A stretch of DNA of 64,000 nucleotides, taken from Botryllus schlosseri (lineage: Eukaryota). The notes beneath the pieces were generated by a model. The model worked only from the letters and a program-made list of their open reading frames with translations. It was not told where the DNA came from and did not search any database. This document shows, in pieces, positions 48,874-61,547 of this stretch; the first letter of the stretch is position 1, and every line of letters starts with the position of its first letter. A program made the position numbers and the translations under genes. The stretch spans positions 2,358,001 through 2,422,000 of the forward strand of contig CM119378.1 in the NCBI GenBank assembly GCA_051294905.1. Direction: 5' to 3'.

Positions 48874-50031
48874 CAGGCGCGTAGCCAGGGGGGGGTTTCG
48901 GGGGTCGAAACCCCCTCCTTTAGAAACGCGAAACCCCCTCCTTTAACGCGAAACCTTGCTCTTTTTAAATGACCGCTCTGACGCTAATACTCGTTTGCAA
49001 TTCAATAAGTCATGTTATCAGTATTGCGCGCGGCGAATTAACGAAAGGCGCGGCCAATTAACGAAAGACGTGTTGCTAATTAGCGAGATTTGTCGGGGCA
49101 CATTGCACTGCACAGTGTAACGCGATACGATCTCCCGCTGAGATGATTGGCGAAATCAGGTCATTCATTGTCGCGCGTTCGGCAATCACTACTAGCCTGA
49201 TTTTCCGCGTCTCCAACAAGCCTAATTCCGCTGGCTTGAATAATCACATCTGCAATAGGCCCGCGGCGCACGATATCGTCACTGGCCTTCACAATCACAT
49301 CTGCATTGGCTTGGAGTGCACGAAATCTTCGTAGGCCTACACAATCGCATCTGGAATAGGCCTCGTACTAAAGATATCGCTAGCCTAACTACCGCGTCTT
49401 GGGCCTACCATGCTTTGGCTCCTATTTCTCGATGGCTTAGATAAAATGCTATTAAGTATATGCTGATTAGCGATTGTGATTAAAGAGTTACATTTCGTAA
49501 CTGAATGACATCGAATGTCCGCAATCATGTTCGACGCGTGCGTACATGCGTAATTGATTTCCACTAGTCTTCAGCTATAGTCCAGTAAGCTTGAGTTATA
49601 AGAGGTAAAGGTTTGAACCACCTGAAATCGGCGTCATTATAGCACATATTCCATAAAAACTCGTACATTTTTACTTGCCTAAATCGTCGCCGAGGCTACG
49701 TAAGACGCAAGACGCAAGACGCATTGATGAGCGGGCGTATTCAATTGTTGGACGCTTTGATAAGCGCGCGTATTCAAATGTTCGACGCGTGCGTATTTCA
49801 TTGTTCACGACAGATCAGGGAGTCGCTAATTAACAGCACTTCCGGACTCGTCGAAAAGCTTATCGTACGCCTATAATCGCCAACACGGGGATGTTGTATA
49901 ATCGTTATTTACGCATCGCATGTACTTAACCCTAATGAGTCAATGCTACATTACTAAACTTGGAAAAAATCGAAACCCCCCTTTTATTTCAAACCCCCCC
50001 CCCCCTTATTTTTCGGCTGGCTACGCGCCTG
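48874..50031. mobile_element. Non-autonomous hAT element
   Basis: Perfect 15-bp TIRs CAGGCGCGTAGCCAG / CTGGCTACGCGCCTG; perfect TSD actataac. Confidence 0.92.
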
Positions 50032-50090
50032 ACTATAACACACATTTACAAAGCAACACCACGATTTATACCCGAGAAAAGTTTGTGTTG

Positions 50091-52499
50091 TCATGAAGGC
50101 AACGGAAGTGCAGTATGTGTGTATTGCAGTGTGCCTTGGGAACTAAAATCTTGTGCGGTCTGGCCTTCTCCTCGAATGATCCATTTGTACGTTAAAAGAC
50201 CTTCAGCCCCAACTGGGCCACGAGCGTGGATTCTAGTCGTACTGATACCAACCTCAGCCCCTAATCCAATCCTGTGTCCATCTGCAAACCGCGTGCTCAC
50301 GTTGTGAAACACACAAGCGCTGTCCACATTTTTCAAGAAATGCTCCGCAGTTTCTTCATTATTAGTGACTATCACGTCTGTATGAGAGCTGCCATACCGA
50401 TGAATATGATCGATGGCTTGATTAACATTTCCGACAACCTCAATGCAGCATTCCAAATCCGAATATTCCTTATTCAACGATCGCGTCACAGAAGGCGTAA
50501 ACAGTAATTGTCCTGCGAGATTTGGGCCTGAATTGATTTTAACGCCTTCCGCTCTGAGAACATCTGTGATTTCTTTAAAAACAGAGGTGTGGATAAGGTC
50601 TTTGTGCACTAACAAAGTCTCCATGGCGTTGCAAGCCGCTGGATAATCACATTTCGCATCTTTTATAACACGCAAGGCCATGTCTATGTTACAATCTTTA
50701 TCGACGTATACATGACAAATTCCTTCACTGTGACCTAGAACAGGAATTGTTCTCGAGGAAGCTTTTTGAATTCCACTGACCATTTCGGACGAACCTCTCG
50801 GAATCACGAGGTCAATATGTTTGTCCAGCTGGAGCAGATCAGCCACTTCTTCACGGCTATCAATCAATTTGATGGCATCGACGCAATCGTGCATTTCGAG
50901 AGCTTCTTGCACGATGGAATACAAGCAGTAATTACTTCTCAAAGCTTCCTTGCCACCTTTTACCAACAAACCATTAGATGTCGCTATTGACAACGACGCA
51001 ATTTGTGGAAGACAGTCTGGACGCGATTCAAAAATGATTAACAGCACTCCTATTGGGACAGAGATTTTTTCTGCAACCATGCCATCTGCAATTTGTGTTT
51101 TAGCGAGAATGTTGCCAGCAAGCTTTCCGCACTGTGCTGCGATTTGCTTAGCTCCTTCTGCGAGGTTGTGTATTTTTTCAGGCGTCAAGGTCAGTCTGTT
51201 TATCATAGCCTGTGATAATTCTCCAGATTCCATACATTCTTCAATATCGAGATGGTTGGCAGCTAGAATCTCATCCTTGCGAGCTACCAGTAATTCAGCG
51301 ACTTTCATTAGTATTTCGGCACGTTGTGCGGAGTCAAGACTTTGTAGCCTCCTAGACCCATCTCTGGCTGCAGAGGCTAGTATTTCAGAATCGTCTTTTT
51401 TAATGTCGACTTCTGTGAAGAACGTTCCAACTGGCTTTCCTTTTACAACATCAATGATAGGAGTGCCGACGTCTCCACACCCGTTACATACAGTGACCGA
51501 AGTGCCTCTTTGCACGGCCCACATCGCGGCTTGCACTTTTGAATCCATACCGCCTAATCCCACACTCGATTTTTTTCCGTATATAATATCAGATTGGTTA
51601 CGAGTACAATACGTACTGATGAGCTTTGAATTTTCATCACCAGGGGGAGCGGTGTACAGACCGTCCACATTGGATAAAAGCAGCATTAAATCGGCAGATA
51701 CTTGAACACTCAACCGAGCCGCGAGACTATCGTTGTCGGTGATGCTTATCAATCCTTCAAGATCTTTCAAAAGGGGAGGTGCTACGATTGCATCGTTGGT
51801 GTTTATGATCGGAATTATCGACAGGGAAAGTAAATTTTCAAGCGTAGACTGGAGATAAAACCGGCTTTCCCCCACAAAATCTTGCTTTGTAACTAAAATT
51901 TGAGCGGTCGATACATTATATTGTGCAAACATCGTTTCGTACAATGACATAAGTCCGCTCTGACCTGCCGCAGCACACGCTCTCGGGTCTGCGTGATGGC
52001 TGTTTTTGTGTGTTAGTTCTTCCGATTGATCCAACGGATTCTTGATCGCTTCCCTCACACTTTGATTCATCAGCAACTCTCGTTTTAATCTTTGCCTACC
52101 AAACGCGACAGATCCGCTAGTGACGAGCATCATTTTGTGACCGGAATTTTGCAGCTCTGATACTTGCTCCACAACGGAAGCCAATCGCCCGAGTGCAATT
52201 CCGGTTCCGTCACTTCTGGTTATCACAGCACTGCCTAGTTTAACGACAATCTTTCTAGCGTGCCTTAGCTCGCTTCTTCTCAGAAATGCTCTTCCTGAAT
52301 CTTTGAACGCATGCGAGTCGGCAGAGTCTAAATTGGCTGTTTGAAGGGATTCGCTTCTCACAGACAATGCATCAGATGATTGTAATATTTTGCTGCTGTA
52401 CTCGGAGAGAGCTCTGCTGATTTGAAACAATGGCGATTTGCCGTTTTTCAAGGCTGACCAGGCAATGTGCGCCGTTTTGAATTTATGCACTTGCATCAT
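50091..52499 (-). CDS. ALDH18A1: Delta-1-pyrroline-5-carboxylate synthase (glutamate 5-kinase + glutamyl-phosphate reductase), intronless CDS, about 802 aa
   Basis: KIVVKLGSAVITR, VTSGSVAFG, CAAAGQSGLMSLYE, DNDSLAA, GGMDSKV (kinase); PIGVLLIIFESRPD, VIPRGS, GHSEGICHVYVD, YPAACNAMETLL, GAEVGISTTRIHARGPVG (reductase). Start placed at the ATG of MMQVHKF, which precedes a mitochondrial-targeting-like leader and follows an acceptor-like tttccag. Confidence 0.96.
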   Translation of the reverse strand: MMQVHKFKTAHIAWSALKNGKSPLFQISRALSEYSSKILQSSDALSVRSESLQTANLDSADSHAFKDSGRAFLRRSELRHARKIVVKLGSAVITRSDGTGIALGRLASVVEQVSELQNSGHKMMLVTSGSVAFGRQRLKRELLMNQSVREAIKNPLDQSEELTHKNSHHADPRACAAAGQSGLMSLYETMFAQYNVSTAQILVTKQDFVGESRFYLQSTLENLLSLSIIPIINTNDAIVAPPLLKDLEGLISITDNDSLAARLSVQVSADLMLLLSNVDGLYTAPPGDENSKLISTYCTRNQSDIIYGKKSSVGLGGMDSKVQAAMWAVQRGTSVTVCNGCGDVGTPIIDVVKGKPVGTFFTEVDIKKDDSEILASAARDGSRRLQSLDSAQRAEILMKVAELLVARKDEILAANHLDIEECMESGELSQAMINRLTLTPEKIHNLAEGAKQIAAQCGKLAGNILAKTQIADGMVAEKISVPIGVLLIIFESRPDCLPQIASLSIATSNGLLVKGGKEALRSNYCLYSIVQEALEMHDCVDAIKLIDSREEVADLLQLDKHIDLVIPRGSSEMVSGIQKASSRTIPVLGHSEGICHVYVDKDCNIDMALRVIKDAKCDYPAACNAMETLLVHKDLIHTSVFKEITDVLRAEGVKINSGPNLAGQLLFTPSVTRSLNKEYSDLECCIEVVGNVNQAIDHIHRYGSSHTDVIVTNNEETAEHFLKNVDSACVFHNVSTRFADGHRIGLGAEVGISTTRIHARGPVGAEGLLTYKWIIRGEGQTAQDFSSQGTLQYTHTALPLPS

Positions 52500-54270
52500 T
52501 TTATGGCCTAAGTTTGCTGGCAATAATGCAATATCTGGAAATTGAATCCAGCAATAATAAAACCGCATTGAACCATTTACTAGACACAAAAATATACCGG
52601 TAGGCCTACGCTGGAATAGATTCTTAGCATGGCATGGCGCCCATTCGAATATTTGAGCATTTCAAAGACTACTCCAACTCAGTTTCGACACTTTACACTT
52701 TCTATCTTTTCATTGTATATATCGCATTCTTGTGGTGTAGGCTACTGTTCTGATAAAATTATTAATAACAACCTGAACTGAACAAGCATTTGTCTACAGG
52801 TATTAGCTTGCAGAAAATTGAATAATGAGCCCGTCAAGGAGCGCACTGCTAATTTCAAACAAGACAGATTGTTACAGCGCAATGGCCAACTGAGTCCAGT
52901 GCGTCGATTTTCTGTGCTCTATTCATCTTTATATGCTGGATATATTATCCAGTCACGAGAGATTCTCAAAGGATTCAAGTCTGGTATAGTGACCAGTACA
53001 TTTTTCGTGCCGGTATTCGAGATACTGCCGATTCAACTCTCTTCGCTCGCTCCTATGCCTCCTATACATACTCTTTCATCCCAATATGACAATTCACCTC
53101 ATATAAATACACACAAGAATTTTTTGATTGCGTTCATAACGTGTCTTCGGTACCACTCAATGAATAGGTCTATGCCTTTTAATGCTGATGTGCAACTTTC
53201 CGTATTCCCATCTACAGAAGTTATCCGGCGCAGCAGTTGTAATGACGCCAAAACTGCAATGTTTTTTAATTATTGCATCATACCGATGCGCTTGAGCGGC
53301 GATGCGCACAGTTTAGTTATTTAGATATCTAACTATAGATAACTAAACTAACCTAACATACGTAGATAACCTATGTAGGATTCATAGTGATAGTCCAGTG
53401 TACACAGAGGTGACTGGGCAGTGGGCAAAAGCGCCAGAAGGGAACACGATGTCTAACACGAGGTGATCACGATGTCGGACATCTGTGAAACTTTTCCACA
53501 ACGTTTCGACACATACCTAACAATAGGATTACCATATTTTGGAAATCTGAAAAGAGGACACTTTTTCAAAATTTTCAGACTTACAATACCGGAGAAATAT
53601 CCGGAAAATTTTATAAATTTACCCCGCGTTCATAGTTGGTTGACTAAAAAAGGTCGACTTTATGGCTCAATTCCCCAAAGACCGCGAGACCGTCACTTCA
53701 GTGCTGAATTCCTATCTCTCAGACGGTCGGGATGTTCAACCTTTTTGCTATTCACGTCCTTATATTGATTGCGTATACATTCCGGTGGATAGTATTAAGG
53801 GCGTACCTGAATGCCAAATTTCCACGTTAAATTGGCTACTGGGGACTTTGCAACGCGCTCATCCCTTGTGGTGTTCTGTACCATCATTGATTGCTCGTGA
53901 AATACTTTGCGCATAAATTAATGGTAGAAACAGAGCGCTCCTGCAGGCTTATACTATATAAGCACCGAAATCACGCGTGTTAGTGCAACGAAATGTTACT
54001 GGAATTATTTTTAGTCGTGTGGAGCACGAAAATATTTGTAGCTTCAGTAATGGATTTCGTCGACAAGATTGGTATAGTTGCACCATGCACAGATTGCCAC
54101 AGGTTGAGTAGGCTACCGCTAAGGCAGGTCAGTGTCAACAACATTTCTTCTGGTCCAGACCTCTAGTTTACCTGACCACGACCTGACATATAGATCTCGC
54201 CTTCCGAAACATGCCAACTCTTTTTGTCGCCTGTCCTGTTATATTATCTTCCTTTACATTCAGTGTGCAT

Positions 54271-54710
54271 AAGGGTTGTTCAAAAATAAGTTTTTTTCCG
54301 GATTCCAGCCATTCACTGATTAAATTTTCAGGTTATCCTAAAAAACGCTGCACACCAAATGTGGTTCAATTCTAACAAGTATAAGCCGCCGCAGAGCCAA
54401 TTTAATTTTTTAAATGAAAAAAAAATCAAATGTTTTTGACAAACCCCATGAAATTGCTGAGTTGTCTTTAAAAACGATGCAAAACAAATTTGACTCAATT
54501 CCAACTAGTAGAAGCGAAGTTATTTGAGTTCGTCGATAATTCTCGGATTAGCCTTGATTGGTTGATAATCGGAGAATTATCGACGAAGAACTCAAATTAC
54601 TCCGCTTCTACTGGAGGGAATTGAGTCAAATTTGTTTTGCGTCTACTTCTACTACAATTTAATCTGTGAATGGCTAGAATCCGGAAAAAGGCTATTTTTG
54701 AACAACCCTA
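54271..54710. mobile_element. hAT-type MITE inserted into a LINE 3' UTR fragment
   Basis: TIRs AGGGTTGTTCAAAAATA / TATTTTTGAACAACCCT; degenerate TSD gtgtgcat/gtgcgcaa. Related fragments near 12190, 23625 and 41040. Confidence 0.75.
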
Positions 54711-54812
54711 GTGCGCAATCCTGCGCATGCCTCCTTTTTTACATCCTATAGGCCTAGGCCAGGTGGGTGTCTGATTTCGAAGACTACTCCAAGTTGTTTC
54801 GACGCCTTCCTT

Positions 54813-55080
54813 ACCGAGCGAGATAGTGTAATGGTTATGCGTCCGGCTTCTCGAGCGGTAGGTCGTGCGTTCGATTCCCGGCCGGGTCATACCAAAGACT
54901 CGAAAAATGGTATCCGCAGCTATCCTGCTAGGCGCTCAACAATCACGGATAGCATGGAGGAGAAAAAAAAACGGGGGCGCAGACTAGATGACCTCATGGG
55001 GCCGTACCGCAACTCCGTCGTCAAAGCATCTCGAGGGTGCAGGCGAAAAAGAATATCATCTCTCTCTCTCTCTCTCTCTC
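54813..55080 (+). mobile_element. tRNA-derived SINE, full length (MetaSINE-like), inserted in a LINE 3' UTR fragment
   Basis: A box TAGTGTAATGG, B box GTTCGATTCC, central CGGGTCATACCAAAGAC..AAAAATGGTA...TGCTAGGCGCTCA, (TC)n tail. LINE 3' UTR sequence resumes after 55080. Confidence 0.82.
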
Positions 55081-57187
55081 TTCGTATATTTCATTGCATC
55101 GCAGTCTCGTGGTGTATTGAAATGATGAAATTTTTAGCAATAAAGTGAATTGAATATATTACAAGACCGGTTAGACCTCCGATGCGGAATTGAACCCGGG
55201 CTTATCGTCATCATACACGCTGACTCTACCGTACAGTTAGCAGCATATTGGAGGCTAGCAAACAACAAAGTAGCAGTTCAAGCATGCGTGACGTTTCAAA
55301 AATTTGATTTCGAGTTGAATACATTTGTCGTAATTACATTTGGATGATATTTATTATTGTTTTTGAATGTTCACCGGTCCGGAATATCGTTTTGAAATCC
55401 AAGAGTCCGAAAAATATTTTTAATAAATCCGACTTCCGAAAGAATTTGTGAATTCGGATCCAGTTAACCTCGCTAATGGTTATATAGGCTACGCTAAAAT
55501 TTGGATCCTGAGCTGAAACGAATAATTATATCATGTCTACCCGATCTTCCTGCCTCGCACAAGCGATGCTATCTCAGCTAGTCCGAAATAATAAGATATT
55601 ATCTTCGGAAAACTTCAACGGAACCAGATGAAAAATACATAAACTTTTAATATAACTTAAATCCAAGCATAAAAATATCCACATTTTGCTACATAAAAAG
55701 GATTGCATTACAAGTAAAAGACCCATGACAATGACCATATTCAACTAATCTCAGATTGAGTAAATGGCCTTTAACTGATATTGAAAATCCAAGCATCTCA
55801 TATTTCGTAAAATGTTTCGCAATATATTTTAAGTGAAGTTTAGTGTAGAATTCGAGAGTTATGGAGCTTTCAATTGTATTGCACTGGGACCCGTGTAGTA
55901 CGATTTCTTGTTGCACACATCATCGCCAGTCATACGGTACATGATCAGAATGCTTTACTTGAAAAATGACCCGAGAATGTGACTTCGATTCACGAATCAT
56001 TTCATATTTCAGAGTCAAGTCACGTCATTTTATGGTAGCGACTGAGACGAGTCGAGTCATTCAAAAATCACCAATCTATGACTATAATCAGATATTATAT
56101 TATTACTTCATCGATTGCTACTACGATTACTACGTCGTTCGTACTAGCAGCGAAACAAAGCACGCGCTATCAGAATTGAATTAAGCATATGATGTGCTTA
56201 TTTGAATTTACAGTACAGGTTTTCAAGTGTCATACGACAATAATTGACTGATGACATTGAGTCGCATGCTACCCTTTTCGTACATGGTACGGAGCGTCAC
56301 TCATTTAGTGACAATGCGCGAGTCACGCACTCATGTGTCGTATATACTGAAGTCACCATACCGAAGCTCTAACATGCGCCTCTGCCTCTATGATAATGAA
56401 TCTATCGCATGCGCAATTGCACAAGTATCAACATATTGTATTGCGTATGCGTATTCTAGCGTCGATATGATCACGTCTATAGAATCATCGAGTATAATAT
56501 CATGCGCAGGAGTCGCTGTGCTCATGGATGTCAAGTTCAAGTGTCACCACACTAGAAATATGAGTTAACATACTCTTGCGCAATGTGTAATCATAATTTA
56601 TATCGTAATGCTCAATGCCCATAACCATAAGCGTCGCATACGCGTTCAACGTCGCCACTCGCCATGCAGTAGCTTCTCCATGATCAAGTTTCTCATTTTA
56701 TAACAGTGGTATTCAACCTTTTTCTGATCGCGTACCGCCGCGGGGTTCTACCAATAAATTACCGCATAACTCCACTTTACTCAAAATGTAAAAAGGATTA
56801 TTAACCAGGTCGGATTAGCAAATAAATCGATCGGGAAATTTCAAAACAAATACAGCCCACGAGCTAATCCACCCCCAATTATTAATAACGCACACGAACA
56901 AGGCAAAATTGATGGGATGGTTGCAACTGTTTCTTCTCCACAAGCTGATCTCGGAGGGGTGCAACTGAGTCGAATGACGCATAACGTATTTATGTATGCA
57001 TACAATAAAGACATTTCTTACTTTAGAAAAAGTAACGTTAACGTTTATGAAAACCGACATTTTACCTGAAAAGAAACGCACACATTTACTGTGTACCACC
57101 GAAATGACTTCGCGTGACACAGGTTCAGAACCACGGTCTTACATTGTCTCGAATGCCCAACAAAGTAAGGCTCTCAAAACCGCACCC

Positions 57188-58335
57188 CTAGAATTCATTT
57201 GCATCGGCCAATTTCAATTTCTGCTGCATGGACTTATAAAGTAAGTTATCCTCCAACGAGTTGGCTAGTCTTGTCGGAGGTTTATTCATTCCAGTTTGAT
57301 TTACCAGCGGGCTGGACGGCGCAACATGCTGCGGTTCCGTGGTAGCGAACGTACCAGGTATTTCAGTCGAGTGCGATGGTAGTTCGCTTATTACTTTATT
57401 GCTCGAATTTCTCTTCTCCAATTTAAGCTTAGGCCTTGAGAACCACTGACTCGGGTGCTTCACTTTTGCGCCTTTCAGTATGTTGCGTCGTTGGTTATGC
57501 TTGCGCTCAGAAGCATCGGGCGTAGGGGGCAGGATTACTGGAGAAGCAGGCACGGAGCTATCTGAGACGCTACTAACAACGGGCTCTTTCAAGTCAAGTT
57601 TTAACTCAGCCCTTTCCGGCAGTGGCTGCCTCTGCCGAAGTCGTGCGGCCGGGGGAGGTGGAGCGTCTCTTTTTAGTATAGGAAATAAAGATACATCCTC
57701 GTAAGTGTCGTCATGAAATGAGTCTTCCTCAGCAGAGCGCCTTTGAGTTGGAAGATTCACTTGAAAATTTGCTGCAGTCATGGATACATCTTCGTATGTA
57801 TCTTCCCCTGCTGAAATATCCGATTTCATAGAACATGGCCTGGATGTGAAACTCTTTTCGCTGCCGCGCCTGAGATTAGGAATCTCCACGTCTTCGTAAC
57901 TACTGACAGAAGTTTTGTTAACGCGTGAACTTACGGACTGTTTGACAGGGCCGTTTAAAGAATCGTACATTTCATCGTTTACTTCGTCTGAGTTTATTGC
58001 TATATGATTGTATTCCTGATCGGAATCTTGAGTTGCTTCATCGCCTAGGTGGCTGTAGATATCATCATTATTACTGTCCGATGGGAGTCGTGGTTTTGCT
58101 GCACAGCAGTCCCGAGTGAGGGAATTCACTCTGTCGTAGACACTGTCATCGTCGCTTTGCGTAAAGCTTTTATTTTGAGATATTGCGCGGCTCCTGCCAC
58201 GCGCATTGCGTACGTCTTCCATATCTGTGACTTCGTAAACGTCTTCTTCATCGTCCGGTTCGTTCAATGATACCTTGGTTACGTCGGACGCCATGGAGTA
58301 TATATCATCGCCGGGTGCATCAGTGCCCCATTCTT
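57188..58335 (-). CDS. Terminal exon of a gene with a disordered, phosphotyrosine-motif- and proline-rich C-terminus (adaptor or receptor tail)
   Basis: Long open frame after acceptor ccactattcag|AA (phase 1). Acidic YxxPhi motifs DDIYSM, EDVYEV, SVYDRV, DDIYSHL, QEYNHI, EMYDSL, SYEDV, DTYEDV x2, plus APPPPAAR and PLPER. The ORF-track N-terminal 41 residues are probably intron. Confidence 0.75.
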
Positions 58336-58820
58336 CTGAATAGTGGCAAAATACCAATAAAAATAGCAGACATAAAATTACTTTGCTGGCAACACTCAAA
58401 GGTAGTCGGTAACGGAAAACAGATACTTTTCGCGGGCTTTGCCTAATTGCCCCATTCACTCAGATGGATTCGATTTAAGAATATTTGTACTCCATAGCTT
58501 TAAATATTTCTGGTAAAATAGACCTGCGTTCTCATTAATTTTTTACTTAGTTGGCAAACCTACTTCTCCCTGTAGATAAATTTATGATGTTACTTCTACT
58601 TCTACTCGAGTATACCGAGATTACCGACGATGACTGCTTTGAACACCTCTGGAAATAACCTACATAAAATGACGTTGGTGGAAAGGTAATCAGAGGCGGC
58701 TCAAGTCATTTTCTTAAAAATGCAAAATTACTCGACTCGACTTGAGTCAATTTGTGTATTGACTCTATACTTGTATTCGAGTCATCGCGCAAGACTCGAG
58801 CAAGTCATATTGCTCTACAC

Positions 58821-59681
58821 AAGGGTTGTCAAACATACGGCCCGCTTGACGATTTCATTCCGCCAGGGAAGCAATTCTGAGTAGATTGGAAAGTGCTTAT
58901 AATATCCAGCAAATATGTAACAAATGTTGAGATGTTTTGAAGGAAACAATTCCGTTAAATCGAATGTTGAGTATGTTCATAAGCTACATTATAACCACCC
59001 GACTGTGGTGTTGTGGTTTCAATCTACTTCTAGTTACCACTCGGAACAAGTCGGTCACATTGACACCCAGTTCGAGAAGACAAAAAGTGTACATTGAATT
59101 GAGAGTTTTATGGGAAAAATAGAGCAATCAGTACTTAATCGCAGAAGCGAAAATGCCAATGCGGAACCGTTATATTCAGTTTACATGGAGAATATAGTAG
59201 TTACACGAAAATATCATTCAAATATCTGTGGTCGCACCGCTGTGTCCACTTCCGACTAAAAAGGTTCCCGGAATCCAGAGAAACACGAATCGTGATTTAA
59301 TAATAATGACCAAATTCCAACGTCCGCGTTTGCAGTTGCACGTCTCGTGTTTCTTACAACGCACACCCATGGCTAAAGGCAGATTACTACTAAAGCAAAG
59401 GCAGCATAGAAAAATGCCGACTTATGTCGTAGTTACCGCCACTGTTTGAACGGTTCCTAAATGTATGTCAACCGGCCATAGTTCGCGAATAAAACCTCTA
59501 TGGTCCGTGGTACGATGTAATCAGGGATATCTAGAAGTAGAGTTCTAGATATCCCTGGATGTAATATTGTTTAAATATGCTTGGTAATAAAGTATTCAAT
59601 TGAAAAGCAGGAACATGAAGTAACATTTTAGAATCAGTTCACTGGTGCGACCCGCAACGCAATATTAGTTTGACACCCCTG
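58821..59681. mobile_element. Non-autonomous hAT element nested in a GACTCGAG-repeat MITE
   Basis: Ends AAGGGTTGTCAAAC / GTTTGACACCCCTG; perfect TSD ctctacac. Confidence 0.82.
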
Positions 59682-60138
59682 CTCTACACATTCTATATGA
59701 GTTGATTCATGTATCTTGTATCAGGACCGATACTTGAAGAACAGGACCAGATACTGTCTTTTGTCTGTTTGAATAAACAATACACAAAAGAATTAGTGTA
59801 TTATGAATTCGAGAGGCCTTCAGTATACCCCAAAAGCTTAACAGAAGTGAGATGAACCTGACTTGAACTCGATAATGTACAGAGAACAGCGCGACTTGGA
59901 ATCGGAATTGACTTGGTGGTGAATTCAAAATGACTCGTATTGAATCGATACAAAACAATAAAATAAAGTTGACTTGTGACTCGGAACTTTGTGACTTTGG
60001 CTACAGCCCTGAGTCATCTATAATGCGGCAATTCACTGATCTGTAGTAATACATTTCAAATGACAGGTCAAACGTACTGAGTAGTAGATAGATCTCTTGG
60101 CTATGTTGCTATTAGGTGGGGATAAGTACTAACTAGAT

Positions 60139-61205
60139 CAGTGGTTCCCAACGTGGGCGATATCGCCCCCCAGGGGGCGATTTGTCGGTCCAGGGGGGCG
60201 AAAATAGCCAAGGGGGCGATAGGGGGGCGAAAACGGACGAAGGGGGCGATAGGGGGGCGATGGCGCGTTGAAATGGCTATATTGGCGTTCATGACCGTAA
60301 CTGCCACACCCAAACCCCCAATTGGGATGGGGGGCCCGAGATCGAAGGGGGCCCACAGTTTTTTCGTGAATTAACATTAATTATAGAGTATTATTTTGGA
60401 AATTTAGGCAACTTTTTCAAAAAAAATTCGCGCTGCGCGCCATTTCGTGGTCGCATATTTCTTGCTTTTTGGATAAAAATTATTTGCCAGTGCAGAAATA
60501 TCAATTTGAAATCGTATGCGTCTTTTAGTTTAGTACATATGGGCGATTTGAATATCTTTTGACATAACAGACAGGCCACGAATGTCATTACGTAACGAAG
60601 TCATTATACCCACTGGTCCGCCCGAATATGTTCTGTTCAATTATTATTTACGGGCCCTACATTTTCTAAGACACCGCACTCAGCTTTACCGGTAAATCCG
60701 AATACATGAGCAGAGAGAGGATAAAAATTGACAGCAATATATATGCAATTCCCAATCATATTGCCGATTCAATCATGAATGATAGAAATTTTTCGCGCTT
60801 TGCGCGAATTAGGCCGACTAACTAAAGAGCCCAACAATTTGTGCTGAGAAGTAGCGGTGAAGAGGTATCGGGGGAGTTTGGTCGCAGGGTTGCAGAAGTT
60901 TGCTTTATCGCTCCATAGAGGGGGGTCAAGACCAACGTATTGGGGGGGGGCTGGCTGACGAAGTGCTGTTACGGTCCTTTTGGAATCAAGTCGGAGAAAT
61001 CACCTTCTTTCTTAGTCAACTCACCAAAATTTAGCTGGAAAAGTGTAATTACGAGGTTGAGCCGAAAAGTTGACCTTTTGTCTTAGTCAACTTAACGGTG
61101 ATTTCAGTCTGTATGCCCATTTTTCGGTTCCCAACATTAGGGGGGCGATTATCGGAGTGGAGTTTGAAAAGGGGGCGATGAGTCGAAAAAGGTTGGGAAC
61201 CACTG
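60139..61205. mobile_element. Non-autonomous hAT (Charlie-type) element with GGGGGCGA subterminal repeats
   Basis: TIRs CAGTGGTTCCCAAC / GTTGGGAACCACTG; perfect TSD aactagat. Confidence 0.92.
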
Positions 61206-61371
61206 AACTAGATATTCCCCTTTGACGAGGATCTGGTGCTGTGAGGAGAGTAAACATCTTTAGCAGCATACCATTTTCCTAAACATTTAGATGCGACGAA
61301 ATAAGCATTTCTAATCTCAATGAACACAACAAAACCGTTGGTACATAGCATAATAATCGCACCCGATTCAC

Positions 61372-61547
61372 CACAGTTCTCTTCGCTGATCGGTTCGTTC
61401 ACATTGGTCTTGTTCGGGCTCTGAAGTACCGCCACGGAAGGCAAAATAGAAGGGGTCAAAGCACCCGCTATATGTGGTTTTCCGTCCTTGTTCTTCTTTT
61501 TATTCTTTGTAGACTGTTTTTCGTTCGAGTGCGAGCGGGCTCTTTGC
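61372..61547 (-). CDS. Probable upstream exon of the tyrosine-motif gene
   Basis: Acceptor ttcatttgtcacag|G; reads QRARSHSNEKQSTKNKKKNKDGKPHIAGALTPSILP...EENC. A phase-1 donor (G|GTGAAT at 61371 or G|GTGCGA at 61362) is compatible with the 58335 exon. Confidence 0.5.

Noticed and set aside
50950..51705. 251-aa plus-strand ORF
   Set aside because: Antisense shadow of the P5CS coding sequence, with no recognisable motifs.
52818..53324. 168-aa ORF upstream of P5CS
   Set aside because: Non-ATG start, no domain-like features, no paralogue or splice support.
53950..54110. TATA-like sequence followed by a short ATG frame (MDFVDKIGIVAPCTDCH) as a first exon
   Set aside because: Weak donor and no downstream plus-strand exon identified.
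54711..55148. 145-aa ORF, and similar ORFs at 7329, 25771, 37503 and 60101-60377
   Set aside because: All lie within SINE, LINE or MITE sequence; the repeated ORFs reflect repeated elements.
58336..58459. Apparent transmembrane or signal segment (VILCLLFLLVFC) at the start of the 423-aa ORF
   Set aside because: It coincides with a polypyrimidine tract ending in TTCAG and the ORF has a non-ATG start, so it is more likely intron.
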